64,000 bases of DNA from Macrostomum lignano (Eukaryota): positions 17,123 through 81,122 of the forward strand of contig NIVC01002606.1 in the NCBI GenBank assembly GCA_002269645.1. Direction: 5' to 3'. Below are positions 11,633-23,595 of the stretch, one piece after another. The notes beneath the pieces are model-generated. The model made no database searches. It was not told the origin of the DNA and was given only the letters and a program-made list of their open reading frames with translations. The first letter of the stretch is position 1, and every line of letters begins with the position of its first letter. The position numbers were made by a program, and so were the translations under genes.

Positions 11633-12245
11633 GCTGCCAGGTGATATTAATTACCAGGTGAGATAGCTGCCAGGTGAGATAGCTGCCAGGTGAGATTAAT
11701 TACCAGGTGAGATAGCTGCCAGGTGAGATTAATTGCCAGGTGAGATAGCTGCCAGGTGAGATTAATTACCAGATATAAGATAGCTGCCAGATGAGATTAA
11801 TTACCAGATATAAGATAGCTGCCAGGTGAGATTAATTACCAGATATAAGATAGCTGCCAGGTGAGATTAATTACCAGATATAAGATAGCTGCCAGGTGAG
11901 ATTAATTACCAGGTGAGATAGCTGCCAGGTGAGATTAATTACCTGGTGAGATAGCTGCCAGGTGAGATTAATTACCAGGTGAGATAGCTGCCAGGTGAGA
12001 TTAATTACCAGGTGAGATTAATTGCCAGGTGAGATTAATTTCCAGGTAAGATTAATTACCAAATATAAGATAGCTGCCAAGTGAGATTAATTACCAGGTG
12101 AGATTAATTACCAAATATAAGATAGCTGCCAGGTGAGATTGCTGCCGGGTGAGATTAATTACCTGGTGAGATAGCTGCCAGGTGAGATTAATTACCAGGT
12201 GAGATTAATTGCCAGGTGAGATAGCTGCCAGGTGAGATAGCTGCC
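11633..12245. repeat. Compound 16-17 bp minisatellite
   Basis: Alternating CCAGGTGAGATAGCTG and CCAGGTGAGATTAATTA modules. Confidence 0.95.
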
Positions 12246-14579
12246 AGCCAGCGCATAAAGTGGCTTTCACTGACGATGAAATTCTTTTTGAAGCTGTCTG
12301 ACGATGCAGCCTGACCTTAATCTGGTGCCTAGAGACTGCTGGATGGCAAGGCAACTCATGCAATTGAAGACAGTTTTCCCCGATAATCATGAATACAACA
12401 ATGCGCTCAATGTGGACACTAATCGATAATCGATCGGGAAATCACTCATTAGCACTGAGCGCGGGCCCAATTAGTTCAGTTAGTCCGGCAGGTGCTTGTT
12501 AGGTACGGGTGAAGCTGCGGGCAGGCAGACAGATGAAGCTCCACCCCCATGAGCCGGAATGAAAGGTGACATAAACTGTAGTTTTTTGAGTAGTCCGCTT
12601 GCTTGTCAGGCTAATTGCCATGGCAACACTGGCCCGGCAGCGGAGGCGGGGCAGAGCAAGTGAGGACCGGCCGGGCCAGCTGCTCATCCGCGACTGTGAG
12701 CACCCGGCAACCAAAAGGGCAGAGCGAGCTGCCATAGGAACTCGGGCAGCCCGCATTCCAGAGGATTTTTATTTTCTATCAATAGAACTGATGCCGGGGC
12801 CCGGAGACTGCGAGCCCCGAGTTGCTGGGCCACATATCGCACTGCAGTTTCCAGGTTGCCAGCCAGCGGGCACTCAGAGACGGCGGTACACAGCGAGAGG
12901 GGACTTGGTTGGCAACAGGAAAGCTGGAGTCCAGGGAATCCTGGCTAATAATAAAAACCAGTTGCGCAACTGGTGGGCATGGCATGGCCATTGTTCAGAG
13001 CGGAGTTGACCGAATTGACCGGCTGGGGCGCGCGGTCACTCAATTAATTCTGCCTTTTAAGCAGCCCGAGTCCCCCCGCGGCCTGGGGTGCAGGTTGGTT
13101 GACTCAAAATTTCCAATTTCCAGCTGGAGCACGCGGTGCGACAGGGCAGGAGTCTGCGGGTCTGCCTCATCAACTCGTCTCAACAAGCAGCAGAACAAGG
13201 CGCCCAACCCACCCCATTATCGGGTCTCTCTCACCGCGTCTAGCAACAATCGCGGAACCAGAAACTCGAGCCGGAGCTAGACACGACAAAGAAAAAATAT
13301 TGCGGACAGCGTCTGAGTCACGCAAATCAGACGGTTGAGAAAATGAGCTGGAGTCGTTTCTTAGAAAATTTATTGGGCTGGATTTGAGGAAACTGTTAAT
13401 ATTAATATTATCCGGCCGTCAAACGAATGAAATATGCCATTCTTAAAAACTAGAAACAACGATGTTAAAAAACTACTCATTTAGTTTAACTAAAGTTTAA
13501 TTAATGGCCTGTTTGTCTAATACAGATGAAAAGATCAGAACTATTTTGCTATTGACTATTAACTAAGTCTTTTGCTGCCTACCTTTTATTTTCTCTTACT
13601 ACACGAAAACAAGTTCAAGCAGAATCAGCTCAAATGCACGAAAAAACACGGAAAGACAAAATAGGCAAAAATATCATACTGATGCTCTGTTTAATTCACT
13701 TTATTGCATTTTTCACTATTTCACACTGTCTCAAAAAGCAAAATTTTGAACATGTGGGGAGAGGGGCAACCGGCGATCGCTCCTCCGCTAGACATCATTA
13801 CCTGACAGTATTAGACAGAATTGGCTTACAGAGCTCCAATAATGCCAGGTAAGACGCCGCAGATCGGAGGGTGAGCATGAGCACAGCATGGAGCACACTG
13901 CTTGGGTGGGGCCACACAAGCGGAGCGGAAAGATGGCAAGGATTGTGGCCAGCACTAACAGGACAATATGTATGCATGCATTCATACAAGTCTGACTTAC
14001 CGACCCGCCCAGAGTCGGGGCGCTGGCTTGCTGAACTGCAAGTTGAGAAGACGGGAGGAAGGCAGGAGAGCAGTTGGGCAGAGAGGCGTTGGTTTTAATG
14101 TGAAAAGGAGGCGGAGTGGGGTGGGCAGAAGGCCCGGGGTGCTGGCTGGCTGGGCAGGGGTTTGGATGGGGGAGGGAGGCCGCCACCCCCCGCCGCGCCA
14201 GACCCAGGCTGGGGCACGCAGATTTTATTGAGCGCCGTGGCAGACTGGTATGGAGCGAAGGGAGGCCTCGTGCATTGCGTGTTTGTTGTGTGTGTGGACC
14301 GTGTGAGCCGGGCATGTCGCGTGAGTCAGACAGCGGGACTGAGGAGGGCAGGCAGGATAAAGGAAAGACAGGCCTTGGGGTGACGCAGGCGATAGAGGAA
14401 AAGGAGAACTATGCGTGTCTTTTGCCTCCCCAGCCGGTAAAATGCACTCCGAAAACCAGATGCCATATGCTCGCTTTGCAACCTGAATTAGCTTTATTTG
14501 TGGTTTTGTGTTTAACGGGATTGACGAACGACGAATCATAGAATTAAAATAATAGCCAAAGTTAGTGATATGCAAGGAA

Positions 14580-17240
14580 CATTTCTCACTAGAGAATACA
14601 AAATCTAGAGTTTTGCCAATCCCGAGATTCACGGGATCAAGATGTCCGTCCCGACCTGGGCTTTGAAAATCCCGGGATTCTCGGGATAGGGATATCCCGG
14701 ATCCCTAAATCCCGGGATTGAAGAAGTTTATAATATTTGTTTGTGCAATTTCAGTTTACGAAGCCGTCTAATCTGATTTTAAAGGGCTTTCAATGACAAA
14801 AGTAAAACAGAGTATTTTGCAAACAAGAAACTGACAGTGAGCTCTGAATTAGAGTGTGATGTACAGCGTGGCGACTGGCGTATTAATAGACATGCTTTTT
14901 TACATGTCAGTATCAGCTCAGAAAAATCACACTTGTGATGTAACCTGGGGAATGATAGCTTTACAGAGCTATGGCCCGTGGTACTGACACCTAGGTAGAA
15001 GGGGATCAGGCATCACCCTCCCAGGGGCACCCGCTCTAGTCTCTAGATGGAGAATTGGTAGCTTGTGTTGTGGTCCGACAGCAAGGTCCCACTTAGGGAT
15101 TAGGCCCAAATCCCGGGATTTCGATTATGCCTGAATCAGACTTGTCCGGGATTCGAAAATCCCGGGATTGACCATCGGGATCCCGATCCCGGTTTGCAAT
15201 AATTCAATCATTCATTCTCGAGTAGTAGTCAGTGTTCGGCGCAGGGGTATGCAATTTTCGCGCCTTGTGTAAATTTTCGCGCCTATGAGTTCTCTACTAT
15301 AAAACCTAGCGTAGGTGCAGTGGCGGAACCAGGAGCTTAACTTGACAAGTCCGCGCGCCAAATGACATTTTGATAAACGTTTTTAATGACCTTTTTAGGG
15401 GTTCGTGCGCCCACAAAAAACAGCTTTTCTGAGGTGAATGGGGGCTCCAGCCAGCAAAGCCCCCTCCCCTGCATTCGCTACTGCCTAGGTGTATATCCAA
15501 TATATGTACTTTCAACAAAATAATTGAATTCGCAAACATCAACGCAAATTTGGCTGCAATTCGCTTGCAGATCATGACTAAGAAACTAAGAAATACCGTT
15601 AATACAAAGATTTGGGATCCATCCACTGTATCAGAGAGTGCAACACAGAACTTATAGTCAGGTAGAACCAGGCAGCAAAACATATTGTGTGTATAGGCAA
15701 AAGAGAAATTGTACTTCCAAATTCGCGCCCCTGATGGACAAGGAAATTCGCGCCATGTCTTTAGAATTCGCGCCTGACTCCGAAGACTGGTAGTAGTATC
15801 TGCAGCTGAGCTGCTGTCAGGTGAAAATCATAACCCAGTTGGCCTGCTTTGATTTCTTAATCTTTTAAACATGCAGGCGGGCTGCAGGGATAAAAAGCTG
15901 AAGCTATTGGCATATTGAAGGAGATTTCCAGTGTAATAATGTATATATGCAACTGTGTGAATGGTACTCGCAGACTAATGTAATTATTGTTATTCTAAAA
16001 CCTGTGCACAGAGCCTAAAGCGATAGAAGCCAATTCCTCATTGTTTCCGGCACATGCAGCGCTATAGCTTGCCAGACGGGAGTCAAATCATTGTTCATCT
16101 GAACTCCCCCTCTATCCCAAACCCAGCTAAAATCAGGGGGTCTCGACCTTGCGCAGATCAGAAGCCCCCCCTCCATGCGAAAGACCTCATTCTCAGCACT
16201 GTCAGGACACCTTTTAGATGACCAGCATAGGAGTGGTGGCAGAACTACATCCATGTACTTTAAGCAGTCCCTACCTTCAAAACTCCTTTGGCCGTAGTTG
16301 GGATTAGAACAGTAGGACCTTGCTATTGGACCACAACCCAAGCTACGGCAGGTTGCCTCTGGGAGGGTGAGGTCTGGTCCCCTTCTACATCAGTACCTCG
16401 GGCCATAGCTCTGTAAGCTGTCATTTCCCAGGTTACATCACAATCAAGTGTGATTTTCCTGAGCTAATACTGGCATGTAAAAAAGCACGTATTTGCCAGT
16501 CTGTACATCACACTCCAATTCAGAGCTCACTGTCAGTTTCTTGTTAGGCCTAGCAAAATATTTTGTTCTACTCTATTTTATTATTGAAAGCCCTTTAAAA
16601 TCAGATTGATGGCTTTGTAAACCAAAATTGCATTAACAATGATTAGAAACTTTTTTAATCCTGGGATCCCAGGATCCCAGCCCAATTTGTTGGGATCCCA
16701 GGATTGGCAAAGTCTGGGACATCCTGATCCCAAGAATCCCAGGATTTTTAAAGTCAAGGATATCTTGATCCCAAGAATCCTGGGATTTTCAAAGTCTGCG
16801 ATATCCCAATTCTGAGAATCCCAGGATAGGCAAAACTTGGGATTTTTGTATTACCTAGTCCTACTGTTCTAATCCCAACTATGGACAAGGAGTTTTGAAG
16901 GTAGGGACTGCTTAAAGTAGTTCTACAATCTACATTCTACAATTTACAGCTTCTGTTTTTTATCCCTGCAGCCCTGTAGCCGTCTACTCACTAGCCTGCA
17001 TACTTGAAAGATTAAGAAATCAAAGCAGGACAACTGGGTTATGATTTTCACCTGACAGTAGCTCAGCTGCAGATACTACTACTTAGAATAAATGATAGAA
17101 TCTTTGCAAAGCAGGATTGGCATCCCAAGATTCCCAACCCAATGGTCAATCCTGGGGTTTTTAAATCCCAGACAAGTGTGATCCTGGGATTTAGGCCTAA
17201 TCCTAAGATTATGGGATCCTAGGATTCCAGTATTATATTC
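14580..17240. mobile_element. Nested cluster of diverged non-autonomous repeat copies in inverted orientation
   Basis: 14580-15040 is the reverse complement of about 16350-16850. 15090-15229 plus 15790-15900 match 16930-17215 inverted, and 16240-16330 matches 16855-16925 inverted. Rich in ATCCCGGGAT motifs. Confidence 0.7.
15230..15789. mobile_element. hAT-type MITE
   Basis: TIRs CAGTGTTCGG / CCGAAGACTG (1 mismatch). 8-bp TSD GTAGTAGT at 15222-15229 and 15790-15797. Confidence 0.8.
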
Positions 17241-18591
17241 CCTATTTTCACTGGATGTTTGCTTACCACATATAGAATATGAGAAGCCGATAAGACTGGT
17301 TCTGGGAAAGAAAAATAAAGAAACTTTACATAACAATTTTGCAATAAAGAAATAACTAGCCATAGCCTAGTAAAGAAAAAAACAAAAATCATAAAATGAA
17401 TTTTAGCTAAAACAAGCAAGTGATACTATTGCTACATTCAAACTTGTATAAATTGTCATTGAAAAATGCTGCAAATTTGATGGCTTAATCAATGGCAGAA
17501 TGAGGGAAAAGCAAAGAGCATGGTGCAAAGTGCAATAGGGACGTCAATCTTAGGATCCTGGAAAAAACACAATTTTAAAGCAAATTTTGGGATTATAGAA
17601 TCCTAAAAGGATCAGAATTAGAAATATCTAGGATTTTACTTTTCAAGTAAAAAGGCAATATAAAAACAAGGAGTGCAAAATATGATTGTAGTATATGAAG
17701 AAAAGGAAATAAAAAGCTTAGAGAAAGGTTATTTGGCATAAAATATAAGATTTCTAAAAAATGTTTACCTAGGCCTTAATAAAGAAATATAAATAACTTA
17801 TAGCTAAAAAAATAACTTAATGTAGAACTCAAGTAGTTCAATATAAAAATATTCAAATTTTGAAGAAATTGTTACTATCTATAATTTCAGAGCTAAATCC
17901 TGAGAACAGTGATAAAAGATATACTAAGAGTAGTGTTATGACACTCTAATCTCAGTAATACCCAAATTGGAAACTAGTTTTAAATGTAAGACTGCTTAGA
18001 CCATAACATATTAGATTACTACTATAATATATTAAACACTACCCAAAATGTGCTATAATTTAAACTATATTAAAAAAGTCCCATTAAAACTTTAGTGACA
18101 AATGTGGAATTGTAAAGACAAGACAAAACCCCTAGTACAAAAATATATAACATATTATGCATTATAACTAGAGCATAGTATTATTACTGGAAAAACCTGG
18201 AAAAAATACAGAACAAAATAAATATGGTTGAGCACAAAAAGATACCTATCTTATTAAATTGTTGGATATATATTTGAATTAGACTAACAAAAAATCTAAA
18301 TTTGAACATCTACCAATACTGCAATAATATATACTGATCAGTGGCAGATCTAGAATTTCATTTTATTGTATGAAAGTATAAAAATTATATAAAAACTATA
18401 TACAATACTGCAGCTAGAAATTTGTTGAGGGGGAGGGCAGATTCTGGAGGGTAAAGACCTAGGAAAGGGGGCAGAAGGGTGGCTCTGCTTTTGGCAAAAA
18501 TTCACTTGGTTCCCCCTTTGATTTTTTCTGGTCTCCACCTAAGCCTAAGGGGAGGGGGGCAATTGCCCCCCTGCCCTCCCCCATAGTCCGG

Positions 18592-19016
18592 ATCATGGCC
18601 TGTATGCCAAATTAATTTGGCGTACAGTCACCCCTTGCTAACCCTATTGGTGTACATAGGCGTACAACCAAAAAATTGGGCCCTACCTATTGGCCTAAGT
18701 GGCATACACACTGTTGCTGTTGCAACTTGCAATGTAATATACATAAACATTGGTATTTTTTAGGAATTTGCACGATAATGTAAAAAATGGAATTTATGTT
18801 AGAAATACATTCACTTTAACAAAATATATTCCCATCTATTGTTCTATTGAATAATTTTAATATTCGAATAATTGAATCATTAAATAGTTTTGAAGTAGGA
18901 AATTTGTATCTGTAAAAGTGGCGTACAGTTAGGGAAGGCAGAAAAAATTCGGCATACATTGGCGTACAAACTGTGGATCCATCAAGTTTTTGTTTGGCAT
19001 ACACCCTGCCATGATC
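18592..19016. mobile_element. Possible degenerate MITE
   Basis: Imperfect terminal inverted repeats around GATCATGGC..TGTATGCCAAA; internal GGCGTACA/GGCATACA motifs. No TSD established. Confidence 0.4.
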
Positions 19017-19572
19017 TAGACTATGGGCCCTTCCCTAGTTGCGCCACTATACCACCACATTATATACTGAAATTTTCTACTGGGGCACTGGGCTATTGCT
19101 ATGCTATGTATGCACCATGTATGCCAATTTGCAAATACATATTTTTGTTTATATGCATAAAAATTATCAGTCAAAATAAATTTTTTCTTAAAGTTAAATT
19201 TGACATAGAAAAAAAGCCATATTTAGGAAAGTGATAACCTATATACTAGAATAGGTATATTGACTAGCATACAAAAATTGTTGGCATATTACTGCATATG
19301 TTGGCATATATATCATTCTATTCTACATAGAGTAGAATCTAGAATGTAGAATAATATATATTCTCTGGCACTGGCACATGTTTCTAAAGATTATTTTTTA
19401 AAAATGTATTTACTTTTCTAACCATTCAATTATGCTCTTTGCTACTTAAATATATAATCATTAACAGCTTTTGTTATAATCCTGTCATTCAAAACATGTT
19501 GCTCTAATCAGTTAATTGCATACAAAAAAGCTGTAGCCAGCTGCATTGGCTGTTTACCATAGTTCGAAAAAG

Positions 19573-19776
19573 GGTCACTCTAATTTGAGGGGGGACGAAG
19601 GGACGAGGGGACGAGATAAATTATTTGCATTAGCGCATTTCTGATTATCTATTATGGTTATTTTAACCAATCAGCAAGAATGTGCGTTGGAAAGGAAAAC
19701 GTTGTTAAAATTAAGCATCTTTTTTTATTGACGTACGTCTGGACAGCTCGGGCCCACCCCTCAAATTAGAGTGACC
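19573..19776. mobile_element. Short MITE-like element
   Basis: Perfect 20-bp inverted repeat GGTCACTCTAATTTGAGGGG (19573-19592 / 19757-19776). Confidence 0.65.
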
Positions 19777-20189
19777 ATTTGAAAAACGCGTTTTCGAAAA
19801 TAATAGATAAATAATTAGTTTTTGAAATGCTAAAAGAACAATAGATTTCATCTATTAAGCAAATTTATTTATCATATTTTACGTTTTTTAGTTCTATATG
19901 ATATTGGTGCTTTAACTTTGTTTTACAATAAATACGTAATATAGTAGAAAACAGTTAACAGGATATGCTTTATGCAGTTCCAGGCGTTCATTTATGAATG
20001 AATATTCACATTTTAGAAAGCTTAGCTAAAAGCAAGAAAATTTAATGTGATGCAAATAAAATCTAGAAGAGAAAATTAGCACGTTAAAACAGAAATAAGT
20101 AACAATTCTTTAATTGCGTTCCGTGTCCAGAATTAATCGCTTCAAAATGAGTAGTAGACTTTGAGATAAAATTAATTGATCTCAGTATT

Positions 20190-20990
20190 ACTGAATAGGT
20201 TTTATCTGCTGCCGGCTGCATAGGAAACACCCTATAAAGCTGACTCGATCATCGATCTCGGATTGCGGCTGAGTCTCCACTCTCCGCTTCTATTGCATTA
20301 GCAACTCGTTTGGAGCTCTCTGTCTTCTGAAGTCAAATAAAGGCTTCCATCAATTTTAAATAGTTGAACACGATAACTTTGATATTATCTAGAATTCTTA
20401 AGTTGAGCCTAAACGATAGGTTCTGAGGGAGGGGGGGTGCCGCTCGGAGTTGAGGCTGTGGTCTATTTTTATTTAGAATCTGTTTGTTCGCATGGTTTCA
20501 TGTATAGCAACGGCAGGTTTTATAGGCAATGGAAATGGGGGACGTACATGTATTTCCCTAACTTTAGAACTATACTGTTTCTATGGGGTGGAGAGAAACC
20601 CTAGTTAAAGCTTGTTAGTTTGCATTGGAACAGTTGGGGGGGAGGTCAATCCATCGCTCTCTGTACGCATCAGCCCTTTTTGTGAAATTCTAGCATTCTG
20701 GCATCACTCTCTAAGCTACCTTTCTCCTGGTGGATTTATAAACACTAAAGACGTAACCCGTATTATTATCAGAAGGGCGGTGTCAGTGGGAGGAGCCAAG
20801 CCATGAGCTCAGGATTTATAGAGAAGTGAATATCAGGAATCATTTTTATTAAAGTGGATGTGAATGGTCGGTATTTAACGTACATGTAGGGATGATAGAT
20901 GTAGAACTCGGCATTGTTTTCCAGCCGTTGGCAGGCTGTGAAGAAGCAAACAATTTCCAGATCATCTATCCAAAAATAATGATTCAAAGA
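20190..20990 (-). pseudogene. Possible decayed Penelope-like retroelement (RT and GIY-YIG fragments)
   Basis: Stop-interrupted fragments in the expected order: FWIDDLEIV (RT YxDD-like), HRPSDNNTGY, and RILDNIKVIVFNYLKLMEAFI (GIY-YIG tail-like). Weak, by-eye similarity only. Confidence 0.25.
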
Positions 20991-21306
20991 GTTTCGCTTC
21001 GCCGCACCATTTCTTGAGCTTTAGAAACTTTAGGTTATCGGAAACTTTAGCTACACTCGTAATTCAATGCCAGCTCCTCAAGACTGGAGCCAGTCGCAGA
21101 CAAAGACATTTTTTATTTGACTCGTCTACTCTGTACCAAATCTAAGCAGTTGAATTAAATGGGTTAATGATTCCTGGAGTTTAACTTCAATTTGTGTGAT
21201 CTCAACTCTACTGTAAAAAATTGAGCAAAATATTATTACACTCAAATTAATAAAAGCTAAAGTTTTTACTTGAAATGCAGACAGAATGAAGGGGCACCAT
21301 AAAGAG

Positions 21307-23595
21307 TCAGTCCAGAGAGAGTCTGTAGGCCTGCAGCAGCACCCGCAGCTGGCTCATGCCTTCGTTCTCCCGTAGCAGCTGCAGTTCTAGCTCGTTAAGC
21401 TCGCCCGGCGGCCGCAGCGGCTGACAGCCAGTCAGGAAGTGATGCGGGGGCGTGAAGCTGGGCTGCACAACCCCATTGAGCTTCACGCCGGACACCATGT
21501 CCGGGCCGGAAAGCATGGGGTGGGCGGCGCCGTTTCCGGGGAAGTCGGCCACGGCAATGAACAGGCAGTCCAAGCAGCGGCCCGCCGGGCCCTCCTTCAG
21601 GTCCTCTGGGGTGCTGAAGGACAGGACGCGGCGCAGGCCGGCGCTGGGGCTGACAACGAAGGGCGGGGACACGGAGCAGGTCAGCAGGGCCCCGGGCAGG
21701 CAGTTTCTGACCACGGATTCGATCTCGTTCAGCAGCAGGCCCTGCAGCTCGTGGGCCCACAGTCGGGCTGTCTTCGTGGCCTCCTCGGGGAGGTCGGCAA
21801 TCCGGCCGGGCCAGAGCTCGGCGAACTCGGCCCCGCGCCACAGCAGGTAGCGCATAGTGGGGAACTGCCCCAGGCGCGCCGATCGCAGCAGCGCCGTGTC
21901 GCCCCGGTGGTCCCGCAGCTCCAGGCTGGCCCGGGCCTGCAGCAGAAGCTCGCAGGCGATCTGCAGGCCGAGGCCGGCAGCTGTCATGAGGGCCGTCCGG
22001 CCCGTGCGGCGCTCCGGCAGGTCGGGGTCGGCGCCGAACTGCAGCAGCAGCTGCAGGGCCTCCGTAAGGCCGCACTTGGCTGCGCAGTGCAGCAGCCAGC
22101 TGGTGCGGCTCTCCGGAATCTTGTTCAAGCTGGGACAGTCGGGATGCCGCAGCGCCTGGCTCAGCGCCGCCAGCGGCCGGTCCGGGTTCCGCACCAGCTC
22201 CAGCAGCTCCTTTTCGCCCAGCAGGCGTGGCGGGAATTCGGCGTCCCGCTCGGCCAGGAGGGTCCGCATTATGTCCGCCGGGCTGCCGTGCACCTGCCGC
22301 GCCGGTTTCACCAGCTCGGAGGCCAGCGTGGCCTTCAAGGCGTCGGACTCGGACCGGGCCGACTTGGCCGCGGCAGCAGCGGCATCGGGCTCCGATGCTT
22401 GGCCGGCACCGGCCGCAGACTTCGGCTGCGGGATTTCGCGTCCGGCGAAGCTCAGCAGCTTGGTCTGGCGCTTGCGGATCACCGCGCCTGAGGGCAGCGA
22501 CGCCCGGCCGTCGGTAGCTGCCTGAGCCGCCGCTCCGTGCAGCCGGCGAGGATCGCTAGGGCCTGTAGCTGCACTGCCGCCCGCCTCCTCGCTGATGTCA
22601 TTGCCATTGTCCAAGTCTTCGTCAGCCTGGTCGGCCAGCTGCTCGGCACCGCCGCCATCGCCATCTGCAGCGTCAATTTCATCGCCGTCTCTATCCCCGT
22701 CTGCTTCGCAGTCGCCGTCGCCTTCCGACGGTGTGTCGCCAGATTCGGCGATGCGCAGCTCCGAGAACGGCGTTTCGTCGTCTTCGTCATCGTCATCATC
22801 AGCGCCGTCGTCAGCATTGTAGGCCGGTGCAGCAATTATAAATGCCTTAGATTGCGGCTGCTGCACCTGCGGCTTTGGCTGTTGTATTTCTGACTCCCGC
22901 TGTTGCACTTCTAAAACCGGTGGTTGTGCTTGCGCCAGGGGCGGTTGCAGTTGCGACTCCGCCTGCTGCACTTGCGCCTTCGCAGTGGTCGACTCAGCCG
23001 CAGCCGACTGGGCCTTCCCGCTTCGCTCTTCCCGGTGCCGTTTGCGATGCTTCCCGCTTCGGCTCCGGCCGCTGCTCCTGCGCCGCACAGCCGACGAGCT
23101 GTCGTCGGAGATTTCGCCTTCTTCGAATTCTGCGCCGTCCTCTCGTGTGCCGGCGGCCGCAGCGGCCTCGTCTGTCTTCTTCTTTTTATGCTTCTTCTTT
23201 TTCGAAGAAGTTTTCGAAGAGGACTTTCGCGGCTTAACCTCTCCGTCTTCGTCGCTGCAGTCGCGGTCGGACAGGATGAACGCCTGTCTGCGGGGAGGCG
23301 GCGGCTGCTGCCTTGGAAGCCGCTTCGCCGCCTTGCTGGTCGTAGTGGAGCTAGCGGGCTCGGCCGTGGCCGCCTTGTTGGAGCTTCGCTGTAGGAAGGC
23401 GCGCACGGCCTCCTGCGCGTTGGCCAGGCTGGCCTCCTCCAGCCACTGGCAGCTGTCCGCGCCCCAGTCGCCCGCCCACTTCACCAGGTACTCGATAGCG
23501 CCCGTGCTCGAGTTTCTGCGCCGGTCGAGCACGCGCTCGATCTCAAACTCCTCGCCGCTGCTGTCGGACAGCGAGCCCTCCTCGTTCGAGTCCAC
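21307..23595 (-). CDS. MPHOSPH8: M-phase phosphoprotein 8 homologue (chromodomain, long charged linker, ankyrin repeats, MPP8-type C-terminal domain); copy a
   Basis: Chromodomain FEIERVLD..EYLVKWAGDW..WLEEASL; ankyrin repeats (LLHCAA..GADP, TALMTAA, TALLRSA..GAEF). The C-terminus LFI..DF.G..L.GP..V..V.LN..HF..N.L..LLQAYRLSLD matches the MPP8 C-terminus as I recall it. The ORF begins right after an acceptor (CTTCAG, 23596). AATAAA at 21117-21112. Confidence 0.88.
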   Translation of the reverse strand: MDSNEEGSLSDSSGEEFEIERVLDRRRNSSTGAIEYLVKWAGDWGADSCQWLEEASLANAQEAVRAFLQRSSNKAATAEPASSTTTSKAAKRLPRQQPPPPRRQAFILSDRDCSDEDGEVKPRKSSSKTSSKKKKHKKKKTDEAAAAAGTREDGAEFEEGEISDDSSSAVRRRSSGRSRSGKHRKRHREERSGKAQSAAAESTTAKAQVQQAESQLQPPLAQAQPPVLEVQQRESEIQQPKPQVQQPQSKAFIIAAPAYNADDGADDDDDEDDETPFSELRIAESGDTPSEGDGDCEADGDRDGDEIDAADGDGGGAEQLADQADEDLDNGNDISEEAGGSAATGPSDPRRLHGAAAQAATDGRASLPSGAVIRKRQTKLLSFAGREIPQPKSAAGAGQASEPDAAAAAAKSARSESDALKATLASELVKPARQVHGSPADIMRTLLAERDAEFPPRLLGEKELLELVRNPDRPLAALSQALRHPDCPSLNKIPESRTSWLLHCAAKCGLTEALQLLLQFGADPDLPERRTGRTALMTAAGLGLQIACELLLQARASLELRDHRGDTALLRSARLGQFPTMRYLLWRGAEFAELWPGRIADLPEEATKTARLWAHELQGLLLNEIESVVRNCLPGALLTCSVSPPFVVSPSAGLRRVLSFSTPEDLKEGPAGRCLDCLFIAVADFPGNGAAHPMLSGPDMVSGVKLNGVVQPSFTPPHHFLTGCQPLRPPGELNELELQLLRENEGMSQLRVLLQAYRLSLD

